IMG/VR virus record: IMGVR_UViG_3300021963_000030
Length of the DNA stretch: 64,000 nt
Origin: a virus
Strand: one strand, 5' to 3'
In this document: one piece after another, positions 46,356 to 55,389 of the stretch
Numbering within the stretch: the first letter of the stretch is position 1
Layout: each line of letters begins with the position of its first letter
The notes under the pieces: generated by a model
Databases searched by the model: none
What the model was told of the DNA's origin: nothing
Seen by the model: the letters and a program-made list of their open reading frames with translations, nothing else
Made by a program: the position numbers and the translations under genes

Positions 46356-47591
46356 ATGAGTGCTAATTTAGACCAAGATAGAGTAAGGTGGCCTGGTTCA
46401 GGCAGTGCGGTCAATACTGCAAGTGTTCCATTTGGTTATTATCTAGACGAACAAAATTGTTCTGTCAGCGAAACGACCTTTGAGAATGACTGTAGTAGTA
46501 GCGCAATGTGGGCTGCCAAACGATTAGGTTATCCGATTGTTGATATTGAAATGATCGATGCCAACTTCTATGCATGTTTTGAAGAAGCAGTATTGGAGTA
46601 TAATCGTGTAATCAACGAATTTAACATCGTTAACAACTTGGTCAACGTTCAAGGATTGCCACAAGATCAATTTCCAAACTTGACTGGTATGAGTGTCAAG
46701 GGTAGTGGTTTGCCATTTGTTGTTCAATTGAGTAAACAATATGGTAGTGAAGCATTGGTTGGTGGCGAAGTTGAATTGAAACGTGCTTCTTTCTTGGCAA
46801 CTGGATCTGCAAGTTTTGGTGGTCCACAAGATAGTCATCAAGTCTTTGATTTGAATGTAATAATTGGCGATCAGATTGAACATTTGACTGGATCACGAAT
46901 TGAAGTTCGCAGAGTATTTCACCATCGTCCACCAGCAGTCGCTCGTATTTATGACCCATTCAGTATGACTGGTATGAGTTATAGTAACGTTCTAAGCGAA
47001 ATGGGGTTCAGTGCGTATAGTCCGGCAACTCAGTTCTTGATGACTCCAATTTTTGAAGATTTGGAACGTATACAAGCAATTGAATTCAACGACATGGTTC
47101 GTAAGAGTGCTTATGGTTTTCAAATCACCGGTGATAACATGTTGAGAATTTTCCCAATTCCAACACATGATTTTCGAGTTTATATCGATTATTATATTGA
47201 GAGTGATAAAAATATAACAAACTTTTTTAGTGGATCAAACTATGAATACATCAGTGATCCAAGCGATGTCCCATATGAATATTGTCAATATTGTAAAATT
47301 AATCAAGCAGGTAAACAGTGGATTAAAAAGTATTTCTTGGCTCTCTGTAAGGAAACACTTGGTCGTATTCTTCAAAAGTATAGCACTGTTCCAATTCCAG
47401 GTGGCGAAGTTACCTTGGACGGTGCTGAGTTACGTGCTGAAGCTAAGGAAGAAATAAGCAATCTTCTTGAGAAATTGAGAGATATGTTGGATAAGTCTCT
47501 GAGAGTAAATCAACTTGAAAGTAAAGACAAGGAATCCGAAGCAATGAGTAAAATGTTAGGAAGGGTTCCAGTTCACATTTATATAGGATAA
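46356..47591 (+). CDS. Neck/head-tail adaptor (gp13-like)
   Basis: RLGYPIVDIE...ACFEEAV; WIKKYFLALCKE.LG...KY..VPIPGGEVTLDG; TATTTATA at 46344-46351. Confidence 0.8.
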   Translation: MSANLDQDRVRWPGSGSAVNTASVPFGYYLDEQNCSVSETTFENDCSSSAMWAAKRLGYPIVDIEMIDANFYACFEEAVLEYNRVINEFNIVNNLVNVQGLPQDQFPNLTGMSVKGSGLPFVVQLSKQYGSEALVGGEVELKRASFLATGSASFGGPQDSHQVFDLNVIIGDQIEHLTGSRIEVRRVFHHRPPAVARIYDPFSMTGMSYSNVLSEMGFSAYSPATQFLMTPIFEDLERIQAIEFNDMVRKSAYGFQITGDNMLRIFPIPTHDFRVYIDYYIESDKNITNFFSGSNYEYISDPSDVPYEYCQYCKINQAGKQWIKKYFLALCKETLGRILQKYSTVPIPGGEVTLDGAELRAEAKEEISNLLEKLRDMLDKSLRVNQLESKDKESEAMSKMLGRVPVHIYIG

Positions 47592-47594
47592 TCT

Positions 47595-48167
47595 ATGGCA
47601 GCACCAGTAACACCACAGTGGCCACAGCAAAATCCCGCTTTTCCTCAATACTGGACGAACGGTCGTAAAGATATTGGTATATACGGCACAAACTATTTGC
47701 CTGGTAGATATTTTAGCAGTCGTGACATGAACTTACTTGGTTCTGTCAATGCTGAATTGGTTGGTGATATTATTGAATGTGTTGTTCAATTGTTTAAGGT
47801 CGCAGTTACCGAGACAAAGGTCAACATTTATGGTGAGTCTTCATCCGAAACGGGCAAGGCGTTTTATCCGGGTATTAATATGACCGCTTTGATTCAACGT
47901 GAAGACATTACTGGAGACGACAATCAAGGATTTGGACCAGATCGCAATCAAAGTGTAGTATATAAGTTTCGTGAACGTGATTGTATCATCACTGGTTTCT
48001 TTCCAGAAATTGGTGATATCGTATTATACAATGAACGTTTCTATGAAGTTGACAATGTAATTCAAGAACAATTTTTAGGTGGTCATCCAGATAAGTCTTG
48101 GAGCTTTATCTGCAATACACACTACAGCAGACTTAGTAAGTTGAATGTAGTAGAAAGACAAACATAA
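47595..48167 (+). CDS. Neck/head closure protein (gp14-like)
   Basis: KVNIYGES, PEIGDIVLYNERFYEVDNV; position after the gp13-like gene. Confidence 0.7.
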   Translation: MAAPVTPQWPQQNPAFPQYWTNGRKDIGIYGTNYLPGRYFSSRDMNLLGSVNAELVGDIIECVVQLFKVAVTETKVNIYGESSSETGKAFYPGINMTALIQREDITGDDNQGFGPDRNQSVVYKFRERDCIITGFFPEIGDIVLYNERFYEVDNVIQEQFLGGHPDKSWSFICNTHYSRLSKLNVVERQT

Positions 48168-48170
48168 TTT

Positions 48171-49604
48171 ATGTCGTGGAAAGGTAATCCAACTGGTAAG
48201 AGTCAAAATGGACAAGGAATTAATCCGGCTCCAAACATCAAGCAAAATAATTCAAATTTGTCTGATGTTAGAAAGCCATTTGTTCAAAATGAAGACACGG
48301 GCGCAGTAATGCCTGACGATAATACTGCGATTCCGTTGGTGGGTCCGTATAAAAAAGAATTTGCAGTTCGTCGTGATCAAGACAAGACTGAGAATTTCAG
48401 TGTAACTTTACTTGACATCGATACAACCATTATTAATCACATGTCACAACGAGTTGATTTGAGTGTGATGGATAATGGAACGTTGGTAAAAGTTCCGGTA
48501 TTGTATGCAAGTCCAGAACGTTGGAATGCTGTTAAACGTGATGGATTTTTACGTGATAACCAAGGTAAAATACTATTGCCTGCTATTTTGATCAAAAGAG
48601 CAAGTGTTAGTAACAATAAAGATTTAATGACTCTCAATCGTTATTTGTCATATCAAGTTGTTGCTCAATTTGATCAAAAAAACAAGTATGACAAGTTCAA
48701 CATTTTGAATTTGGGTAATCCATTCAGAAACAAACCAACAAAACAGATCTATAACGTTACATTGCCTGATCACGTTACTATAACTTACGAATGTATTTTG
48801 TGGACTGACTATGTTGATCAGAACAATAAACTTTTGGAAAAGATCAATTTTGCTACACATGATTATTGGGGAGTTGGTGATTTTAGATTTAGAACCCGTG
48901 TCGATGATTATACAAACACTGTAGAATTGGGTGCTGGTGAAGATAGAAACGTTAAAACCACCTTTAACTTGGTGGTAAATGCTTATTTATTACCAAAAAC
49001 AATCGATGGTGTTAAATCAACTACACAAAAGACATTCACAACCAGAAAGATTGTGGTTTCTGATTATGCTGTTAACGGTGAACAAATGGCGCAGGTCGAA
49101 GCGTCTGGTATAAGAAGTCCATATTCTTATTTGAAGGACGTTGGTGTGAAGTATAATTCTACAACCAGAACGCCTGATCTAGATAAGGATGATAAGCCAG
49201 CAATTACTGAAAAGGTATTGTTTAGACCGGCTCCAAAGAAAACGTCAGATTATGGAGAAAACGGTTGGTTGGCATACGATCAATTTTATATTTATGTATA
49301 TCGTAAACCGCTGGGTTGGGTCAGAAGAGCTATAGCCACATTTGATTTTGACGCAAATACGGGTGCTTATATCAGTGGAACAGATTGTGAAGGTAACCCC
49401 GTTTATTCTAACGGAGTTCGTCCAATTAACACAGCTTTTAGAGTGTTTCAACGATTCCCTGATAGATATTATCATCAAGTTCCGTATAAATCATCTGACT
49501 ATGGTGAAGACGGTTGGATAAGCTATGATGGCAATTATTTTTACATATATTCTTACAATGAATGGCGTCGTGTTCCGATTGCTATGGTGGACGAAACATT
49601 TTAA
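48171..49604 (+). CDS. Tail completion/sheath terminator (gp15-like) with duplicated C-terminal module
   Basis: VPVLYASPERW, KILLPAI, PDHVTITYECILWT..V; C-terminal 2x (SDYGE.GW..YD..Y.Y.Y...W.R..I). Confidence 0.7.
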   Translation: MSWKGNPTGKSQNGQGINPAPNIKQNNSNLSDVRKPFVQNEDTGAVMPDDNTAIPLVGPYKKEFAVRRDQDKTENFSVTLLDIDTTIINHMSQRVDLSVMDNGTLVKVPVLYASPERWNAVKRDGFLRDNQGKILLPAILIKRASVSNNKDLMTLNRYLSYQVVAQFDQKNKYDKFNILNLGNPFRNKPTKQIYNVTLPDHVTITYECILWTDYVDQNNKLLEKINFATHDYWGVGDFRFRTRVDDYTNTVELGAGEDRNVKTTFNLVVNAYLLPKTIDGVKSTTQKTFTTRKIVVSDYAVNGEQMAQVEASGIRSPYSYLKDVGVKYNSTTRTPDLDKDDKPAITEKVLFRPAPKKTSDYGENGWLAYDQFYIYVYRKPLGWVRRAIATFDFDANTGAYISGTDCEGNPVYSNGVRPINTAFRVFQRFPDRYYHQVPYKSSDYGEDGWISYDGNYFYIYSYNEWRRVPIAMVDETF

Positions 49605-49647
49605 TTGAATATATCTGGTATTGTTCATATTTATATTAGACTAAGAT

Positions 49648-51057
49648 ATGATTTTTCAAGAAAAGGATTTACTATTAAGCCGTAGAAGTGGCAGTTCATT
49701 TGTTGAACAGATTATTCGTCCACAAACTGCGTCTTTGGTAGCTTTTGATAATAACAAATTTCCGATTGTAGTTCCGTCTGCGTCGATTCAAGTTGAGTCT
49801 GCTTCATATGCTCTAAGTGCTTCGTATGCTTTGAACGGTGGCGGTGGTGGTGGAGTAAATCCTGCATTGGTGTTGGTTCAAAATGGTTCTGGTGTTACTC
49901 TTAATAAAGGACAAGTAGTTAGTGTAATCGGAAGTAACTTGTCTTCTCAGTTGGTTGTTGATTTAGCAGTTTCTAAAATACATACTCCAGGTTCAAATAT
50001 TACTAGTGATATTTTGGGTGTGGTCAATGATACGATTGCTGCTGGATTGACTGGTTATATTTTGACGACCGGATATTTGTCTGGTATAAATACCGCAACT
50101 GGTTTTTCTTTGGGTGACGAACTGTATGTGAGTCCATCGGTTTCTGGTTCTTTTACAAGTATCAAACCACAGGCACCAAGAGACGTTGTTAAAGTGGGTT
50201 ATATTGCTGGTGTAAATGACACTACCGGTTCAATATTTGTAAATGTTAAACAACCTACTACAATAGATGAAATTAGTAATGTAAGTAGTAGTGCTTCTCC
50301 AGCTGACGGCGCACTCTTAGTCTATAATGCCGCAGAGGGAGTTTGGGAAGACAAGGCTAGTGGTCTGGTATTGAGTGGTAGTTTGAGTGCTAGTAATGCT
50401 GATGTTGGTAGTTTGATGGCCGGCACCGCGTTGGTCCAAGATGTTCTTACTGTTAACGATCTTAATGTTCTAAACAACCTAACTGTTGAAAATGATGCGA
50501 CTGTTGGACGAGATTTGGTTGTTGAAAGACAAATAATTGCTAGTGGTTCATCTGCTCCGTTTCGTGTTGTAAGTAGTATTAATGGAACCAACGTATTTTA
50601 TGTAACTGGAAGTAGAGTTGGTATAAATGACGTAATGGACCCTCAATTTAATCTTGAGGTCCAAGGTTCGTTTGCTGCTTCTACAAAATCGTTCGTTATT
50701 GATCACCAAGAGATGCCCGACAAGAGATTGGTTCACGCTACTCTTGAAGGTCCAGAACACGCCGTATTCGTTCGTGGTAGATCAGAATCGTTGACTATTG
50801 AATTGCCGGATTATTGGGTTTGGTTGATTGACTCTGATACAATCACTGTTCATTTGACTGGAATCGGGTCGTCAGACGTTTATTATGTGGAGAAGATAGA
50901 AGGTAATAAGGTTTATATTGGTGTTTCTAGAAATACAAGCTTTTTTAACAAACTATTTAGCGCACCAAAAGTTAATTTTTATTATATGGTAAATGCTGAA
51001 CGTAAGGATGTTGATAAACTCAAAGTTATTATTGACAAAGAGGTGGGTAGAATATAA
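49648..51057 (+). CDS. Fibre-like virion protein with C-terminal intramolecular-chaperone-like domain
   Basis: SASYALSASYALNGGGGG hinge; KSFVIDH...LVHATLEGPE..VFVRG...LPDYW C-terminus; TATTTATA at 49628-49635. Confidence 0.65.
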   Translation: MIFQEKDLLLSRRSGSSFVEQIIRPQTASLVAFDNNKFPIVVPSASIQVESASYALSASYALNGGGGGGVNPALVLVQNGSGVTLNKGQVVSVIGSNLSSQLVVDLAVSKIHTPGSNITSDILGVVNDTIAAGLTGYILTTGYLSGINTATGFSLGDELYVSPSVSGSFTSIKPQAPRDVVKVGYIAGVNDTTGSIFVNVKQPTTIDEISNVSSSASPADGALLVYNAAEGVWEDKASGLVLSGSLSASNADVGSLMAGTALVQDVLTVNDLNVLNNLTVENDATVGRDLVVERQIIASGSSAPFRVVSSINGTNVFYVTGSRVGINDVMDPQFNLEVQGSFAASTKSFVIDHQEMPDKRLVHATLEGPEHAVFVRGRSESLTIELPDYWVWLIDSDTITVHLTGIGSSDVYYVEKIEGNKVYIGVSRNTSFFNKLFSAPKVNFYYMVNAERKDVDKLKVIIDKEVGRI

Positions 51058-51093
51058 TTAAAGTTTAAATACGGGCAACCGTATATATTGTAT

Positions 51094-51375
51094 ATGAGTG
51101 AAAATGTTATAAAATTTACCGAAGCAGAAATGCAACAAATTGCGCAACTTCAAGGCAAGTATCAACAAAAGATATTTGAACTTGGTCAACTTGAGCTTGC
51201 CAGAATTGATTTGGAACAACAACTATCTGATCTATCAAACAACAAACAAAAGTTACTTGGGGATTGGACTGGAATTCAAAAGGAAGAAAATGACATTCTT
51301 CAACAGTTGAGCCAAAAGTATGGTGATGGTGTTTTGAGTCTGAAAGATGGAACTTTTAAGCCTGCTGCTAAATAA
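51094..51375 (+). CDS. Small coiled-coil hypothetical protein
   Basis: KFTEAEMQQI...KYGDGVLSLKDGTF; ATG 51094 preferred. Confidence 0.65.
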   Translation: MSENVIKFTEAEMQQIAQLQGKYQQKIFELGQLELARIDLEQQLSDLSNNKQKLLGDWTGIQKEENDILQQLSQKYGDGVLSLKDGTFKPAAK

Positions 51376-51393
51376 TTCACATATTTATATTAT

Positions 51394-51576
51394 GTGAAAG
51401 TTAGGTTTGAGCAGTATGACGATGAAGTCTACTACGAACCCATAAACTCAGAAAATAATGGGTCTGTGGACGAAGACTTCATCTCTGTATTCGAAAAATT
51501 ATTCCAGTCTGATAAAATAAAATTAGACATTTCTGTGGGTATTGGAGTAAAATTTCTTGACATTCTGAATATATAA
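51394..51576 (+). CDS. Small acidic hypothetical protein
   Basis: GTG start 4 nt after TATTTATA (51382-51389). Confidence 0.45.
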   Translation: MKVRFEQYDDEVYYEPINSENNGSVDEDFISVFEKLFQSDKIKLDISVGIGVKFLDILNI

Positions 51577-51584
51577 AGTATAAG
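51557..51584 (+). promoter_or_regulatory. Sigma70-like promoter
   Basis: TTGACA-16 nt-TATAAG, immediately followed by hairpin GCAGCAA-GCT-TTGCTGC. Confidence 0.5.
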
Positions 51585-51618
51585 CGCAGCAAGCTTTGCT
51601 GCTTTAAATGCTTAATAT

Positions 51619-51942
51619 ATGAATGCTAAAATTAAAAATTACAATAAGCGCAACAAGCAACGCAGCATCAGCAAAGCGCAGCAATTAAGCATAGAAACTT
51701 ATTTAAAGCAGATCATTCCTATTCACTTTTCTTATATCAAAAATGCTGACGGTCTTTGTTATAATCCAAATCTCAAAAACTCTAGAATTCTCATAAGAAA
51801 AAGATTATTGACTAGAAGACGGTTGAATGTATTAATTGAAGAAGTAACACACGCATTTTTTTGGGATTTGCCAGAATATAAAGTCAGAAAGTTTAGCGCA
51901 CAACTTGGTCGTGTAATATACTCTCTGTTTCTTAAAAAGTGA
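51619..51942 (+). CDS. Basic hypothetical protein with a zincin-like EExxH motif
   Basis: LIEEVTHAFFWDLPEYKV. Confidence 0.5.
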   Translation: MNAKIKNYNKRNKQRSISKAQQLSIETYLKQIIPIHFSYIKNADGLCYNPNLKNSRILIRKRLLTRRRLNVLIEEVTHAFFWDLPEYKVRKFSAQLGRVIYSLFLKK

Positions 51943-51956
51943 CATATTTATTATAA

Positions 51957-53117
51957 ATGGTCCAAAGTAAATACAAAATTTATGTTGATATGGATGGGGT
52001 TCTTTCAGACTGGGAAAAACAGTTTGAAAGATTGTTTGGAGTTCCAGTATCAACCTATGAAGCAGAACACGGCAAAGATAAACGTTACGAATTGGTTCAC
52101 AAGAACAGTCCAAACTTTTATGCTACAATGCCATGGATGAAAGACGGCAAAGTATTGTATGACTTTATCAAAGAGTTTCCAACAGAAATACTTAGTCACG
52201 CAACGGATTCAGCATGTAAAGAAGGAAAAGAGATTTGGTTAAAAGCACATAACGTAACGTTGAAACCAAACTTAGTTCCCAATAGAGAAGATAAAGCAAA
52301 GTTTGCAACTCCAGAATCAATATTGATAGATGACCGTGAAGACAATGTAAATGAGTTTGTTCAAGCAGGTGGTATCGGAATACTACACACCAATGCGACA
52401 GATACAATCAACAAACTCAAAGAAATCCTCGGAGTCAAACAATCATTTAGAATATACAACAGTATTCTGAACCCAGAGTTATGGGAAGATGATGCACTCA
52501 AGCCAGACGTTCTAAGTAAAATGTTGAAGATTGCCACATCATTTTACAAAGATACTGAATTGACTGCTCCAATTGAAGACATATATTTCTTGGGAAGCAC
52601 AGCTGGTTACAACTGGACTCCAACAAGTGATATTGATCTACACATTCTTATTGACTTTTCTAAGATCGATGAAAACAAAGAATTAGTCAAGAAGTTGGTT
52701 GACGGTTACAAAAACAAATGGAACGAACAACACGACATCAGTATAGGCAATCACCCAGTTGAAGTTTATATACAAGATGTCAATGACGTAAATCGTAGTC
52801 AAGCAGTATACAGTATTCTTCATAACAAGTGGATAAAAAAACCATCATATGAAGACATACAAATCGACAAAGAGTCAATAAAAACCAAATACAAAGACTT
52901 GGTGACCAAAATAAACAAAGCTGTCGAAGAACAAAATTTATCTAAAATGAAAGAGTTGGTTCAACGTATTTACAACATGCGTGAAGCCGGTTTGAGTTCA
53001 GGTGGTGAATACAGCACAGAAAACCTTGTATTCAAACTTCTTAGAGCAAGTGGATTCATCAGTAAACTAAGAATAAACATCACAAATCTTACTGATAAAG
53101 AACTCAACAAATTATAA
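51957..53117 (+). CDS. Fusion of 5'(3')-deoxyribonucleotidase-like HAD and Pol-beta nucleotidyltransferase-like domain
   Basis: IYVDMDGVL...LIDD; then LGSTAGYNW...SDIDLH...VEVYIQD; TATTTATT at 51945-51952. Confidence 0.75.
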   Translation: MVQSKYKIYVDMDGVLSDWEKQFERLFGVPVSTYEAEHGKDKRYELVHKNSPNFYATMPWMKDGKVLYDFIKEFPTEILSHATDSACKEGKEIWLKAHNVTLKPNLVPNREDKAKFATPESILIDDREDNVNEFVQAGGIGILHTNATDTINKLKEILGVKQSFRIYNSILNPELWEDDALKPDVLSKMLKIATSFYKDTELTAPIEDIYFLGSTAGYNWTPTSDIDLHILIDFSKIDENKELVKKLVDGYKNKWNEQHDISIGNHPVEVYIQDVNDVNRSQAVYSILHNKWIKKPSYEDIQIDKESIKTKYKDLVTKINKAVEEQNLSKMKELVQRIYNMREAGLSSGGEYSTENLVFKLLRASGFISKLRINITNLTDKELNKL

Positions 53118-53178
53118 AAAAAATTACAAATATTGAATCTTAATCATATTTATATCTAGGACATAAAGGAATAACACT

Positions 53179-53670
53179 ATGGCAGAATTACTAAATCCAT
53201 CGGAAATTTTTTACACAGCGTTTGAGCCAAAAGTTCAAAATCGCTTTATCTTGTATTGTGACGGTATCCCTTCATTTATCATCAAGAAGACAGACCGTCC
53301 AAAACTAACACAAGCAGCCAAGGAACTTGACCACATCAACATCAGAACCTTCTACAAGGGTAAGAGTATCTGGGGTCAAGTAACTATGGAGTTGTATGAC
53401 CCAATCGTTCCATCCGGTGCGCAAGCAGTAATGGAGTGGGTCCGTCTTCACCACGAATCCGTAACTGGTCGTGATGGTTATCAAGACTTTTACAAGAAAG
53501 ACTTGACCATCAACGTTCTAGGTCCAGTCGGTGACAAGGTAGAAGAGTGGACACTCAAGGGATCATTCATCACCGAAGCTACTTTCAACTCACTAGACTG
53601 GTCAAACGACGGTGAAGCAATGAAGATCAACTTGACTATCCAACCAGACTACTGTATCCTCCAATACTAA
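53179..53670 (+). CDS. Tail tube protein (gp19-like)
   Basis: FEPKVQNRF, LYDPIVPSGAQAVMEW, YKKDL..LGPVGDKVEEWTLKG..DW; TATTTATA at 53147-53154 plus AAGGA SD. Confidence 0.92.
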   Translation: MAELLNPSEIFYTAFEPKVQNRFILYCDGIPSFIIKKTDRPKLTQAAKELDHINIRTFYKGKSIWGQVTMELYDPIVPSGAQAVMEWVRLHHESVTGRDGYQDFYKKDLTINVLGPVGDKVEEWTLKGSFITEATFNSLDWSNDGEAMKINLTIQPDYCILQY

Positions 53671-53692
53671 TTCTTGTTCATTTATGTCCTTT

Positions 53693-53727
53693 AAACCCTC
53701 CGTCAAAAAAGCGGAGGGTTTTTTGTT
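53693..53727 (+). terminator. Rho-independent terminator after tail tube
   Basis: AAACCCTCCG-loop-CGGAGGGTTT followed by a T run. Confidence 0.88.
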
Positions 53728-53745
53728 TTATGTATATTTATTGAT

Positions 53746-54537
53746 ATGAACAATAAAGTAACCGTGCTACTACCCGGCGGTTTCAAACCACCTCATGCCG
53801 GGCATTTGGGATTAGCTAACAAATTTGCTAGTCGATCTGATGTTGGTAAAGTAATAGTGATGGTAGGACCAAGTGAACGTGATGGAGTTAACCGTCAACA
53901 GAGTGTAGCAATATGGAACCTTTTGCCCACAAACCCCAAGGTAGAGGTTGTGCCGGTCAACGATGACAGTCCTATGAACGCAGCATTTGGATATGTTTTC
54001 AATCTACCAAAAGACAGCAATGAAACAATTGCTTTAGCAGCCAGCGCAAAGAGTCCAGAAGATGCTAAACGTAGTAAAATATTCAAAGCAGCTGTAGACC
54101 GTTACAAAACCAAACCAACGAAGGACGGAGCTACTGCACCTCAAGGTGTGACAGTAATTGAAATGACCGATGATGCTCCTACTATTTATCAAGGTAGAGA
54201 CGATGATAAAAACGGTCAAAGTATTAGTGCTAGCACATTGAGAGGTGATTTGGCAAACGGAAACTTTCAGAATTTTCAGACCAATTACCCAGGCGTAAAA
54301 ACTGGTGTGGTCAAGAGTATTTATAACATTTTAACCAAAAAGAAATCTATGGACGAAACAAAAAAACAAAAGATTAAAGCATTGATCAAGAAAATCCTCA
54401 GAGAAGAAGACAGTTTCATGGATGCTTTGGTAGGACCAGAATCTAAGTTTAAAGACGCAATCAATAAGATTAATGTTAGAGCTGGTATTTTAACAAAAGC
54501 TGCTCAAGATGCTCAAAAGAAGATAAAGCCAAAATAA
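53746..54537 (+). CDS. HIGH-motif (cytidylyltransferase-like) nucleotidyltransferase
   Basis: LPGGFKPPHAGH and ISASTLR; C-terminal KALIKKILREE helix; TATTTATT at 53735-53742. Confidence 0.75.
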   Translation: MNNKVTVLLPGGFKPPHAGHLGLANKFASRSDVGKVIVMVGPSERDGVNRQQSVAIWNLLPTNPKVEVVPVNDDSPMNAAFGYVFNLPKDSNETIALAASAKSPEDAKRSKIFKAAVDRYKTKPTKDGATAPQGVTVIEMTDDAPTIYQGRDDDKNGQSISASTLRGDLANGNFQNFQTNYPGVKTGVVKSIYNILTKKKSMDETKKQKIKALIKKILREEDSFMDALVGPESKFKDAINKINVRAGILTKAAQDAQKKIKPK

Positions 54538-54582
54538 AAATACCCAAAAATATATAATGGGTTCTATGTATTGTTATAATTT

Positions 54583-55389
54583 ATGAGTGACGAAATCGTT
54601 TTACAAAGAACAGTTGCAAACAAACAACAAACTGCGTTTCCAACTGAAACCATAGATCTTCCTAGTAAAGGTCATTTCTACCCACCAGGCAGTCCTCTGT
54701 CAAAAGGAACCATCGAACTTAAGTTGATGACTGCTAAGGAAGAAGATATTCTTACAAGTCCTAACCTACTCAAGAAAGGACTCGCAATCGACAAGCTTTT
54801 GGAATCACTCATCGTTGACAAAAATATCAAGATCAATGAACTTTTGTTGGGTGATAAGAATGCTGTTATCTTTGCGGTTCGTCGTCTTGCTTATGGTGAC
54901 AATTATGGTCCTGTAGATATCACATGTCCAAAGTGTCAAACTGTTAATAGACTTAATATTGATTTGAGTCAGATCAAAGAAAAAGAACTTGATGAGTCAA
55001 AGTATCAACCAGGCGTAAATGAATTTGAGTTTACACTTCCATATTCAAAGGCAGTGATTAAATTCAGATTACTCACGGATTCTGATGAAAAAGAAATTGA
55101 ACGTGACTCAGTAGCCCTTGCCAAGTTAAACAACAAGTCATCGTCCGAAGTTACATCACGTTTGAAGAAATCTGTTATTGAATTTAACGGAGAGACTGAT
55201 CCAGTTAAACTAAAGGCTATGGTTGATAACATGCAGAGTCGCGATAGTTTAGCTCTACGTCAATATATTCGTGAGGTCACACCCGACATCAATGCTACAT
55301 TTGATTTCTCTTGTAAAGAATGTGGTAACGAAGAAAGGGCAGCAGTGCCAATGACTGTCCAATTTTTTTGGCCTGACTCAAGAGTATAA
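54583..55389 (+). CDS. Tail assembly chaperone / baseplate hub assembly protein (gp26-like)
   Basis: TETIDLPSKG..Y...MTAKEEDIL, CPKC...CKEC; lies between tail tube and tape measure. Confidence 0.75.
   Translation: MSDEIVLQRTVANKQQTAFPTETIDLPSKGHFYPPGSPLSKGTIELKLMTAKEEDILTSPNLLKKGLAIDKLLESLIVDKNIKINELLLGDKNAVIFAVRRLAYGDNYGPVDITCPKCQTVNRLNIDLSQIKEKELDESKYQPGVNEFEFTLPYSKAVIKFRLLTDSDEKEIERDSVALAKLNNKSSSEVTSRLKKSVIEFNGETDPVKLKAMVDNMQSRDSLALRQYIREVTPDINATFDFSCKECGNEERAAVPMTVQFFWPDSRV

Noticed and set aside
42275-54537. Complete NAD+ reconstitution pathway (NARP1/NARP2)
   Set aside because: A Nudix and a HIGH-motif NTase are present, but no PRPP-synthetase-like or nicotinamide phosphoribosyltransferase-like gene is in the window.
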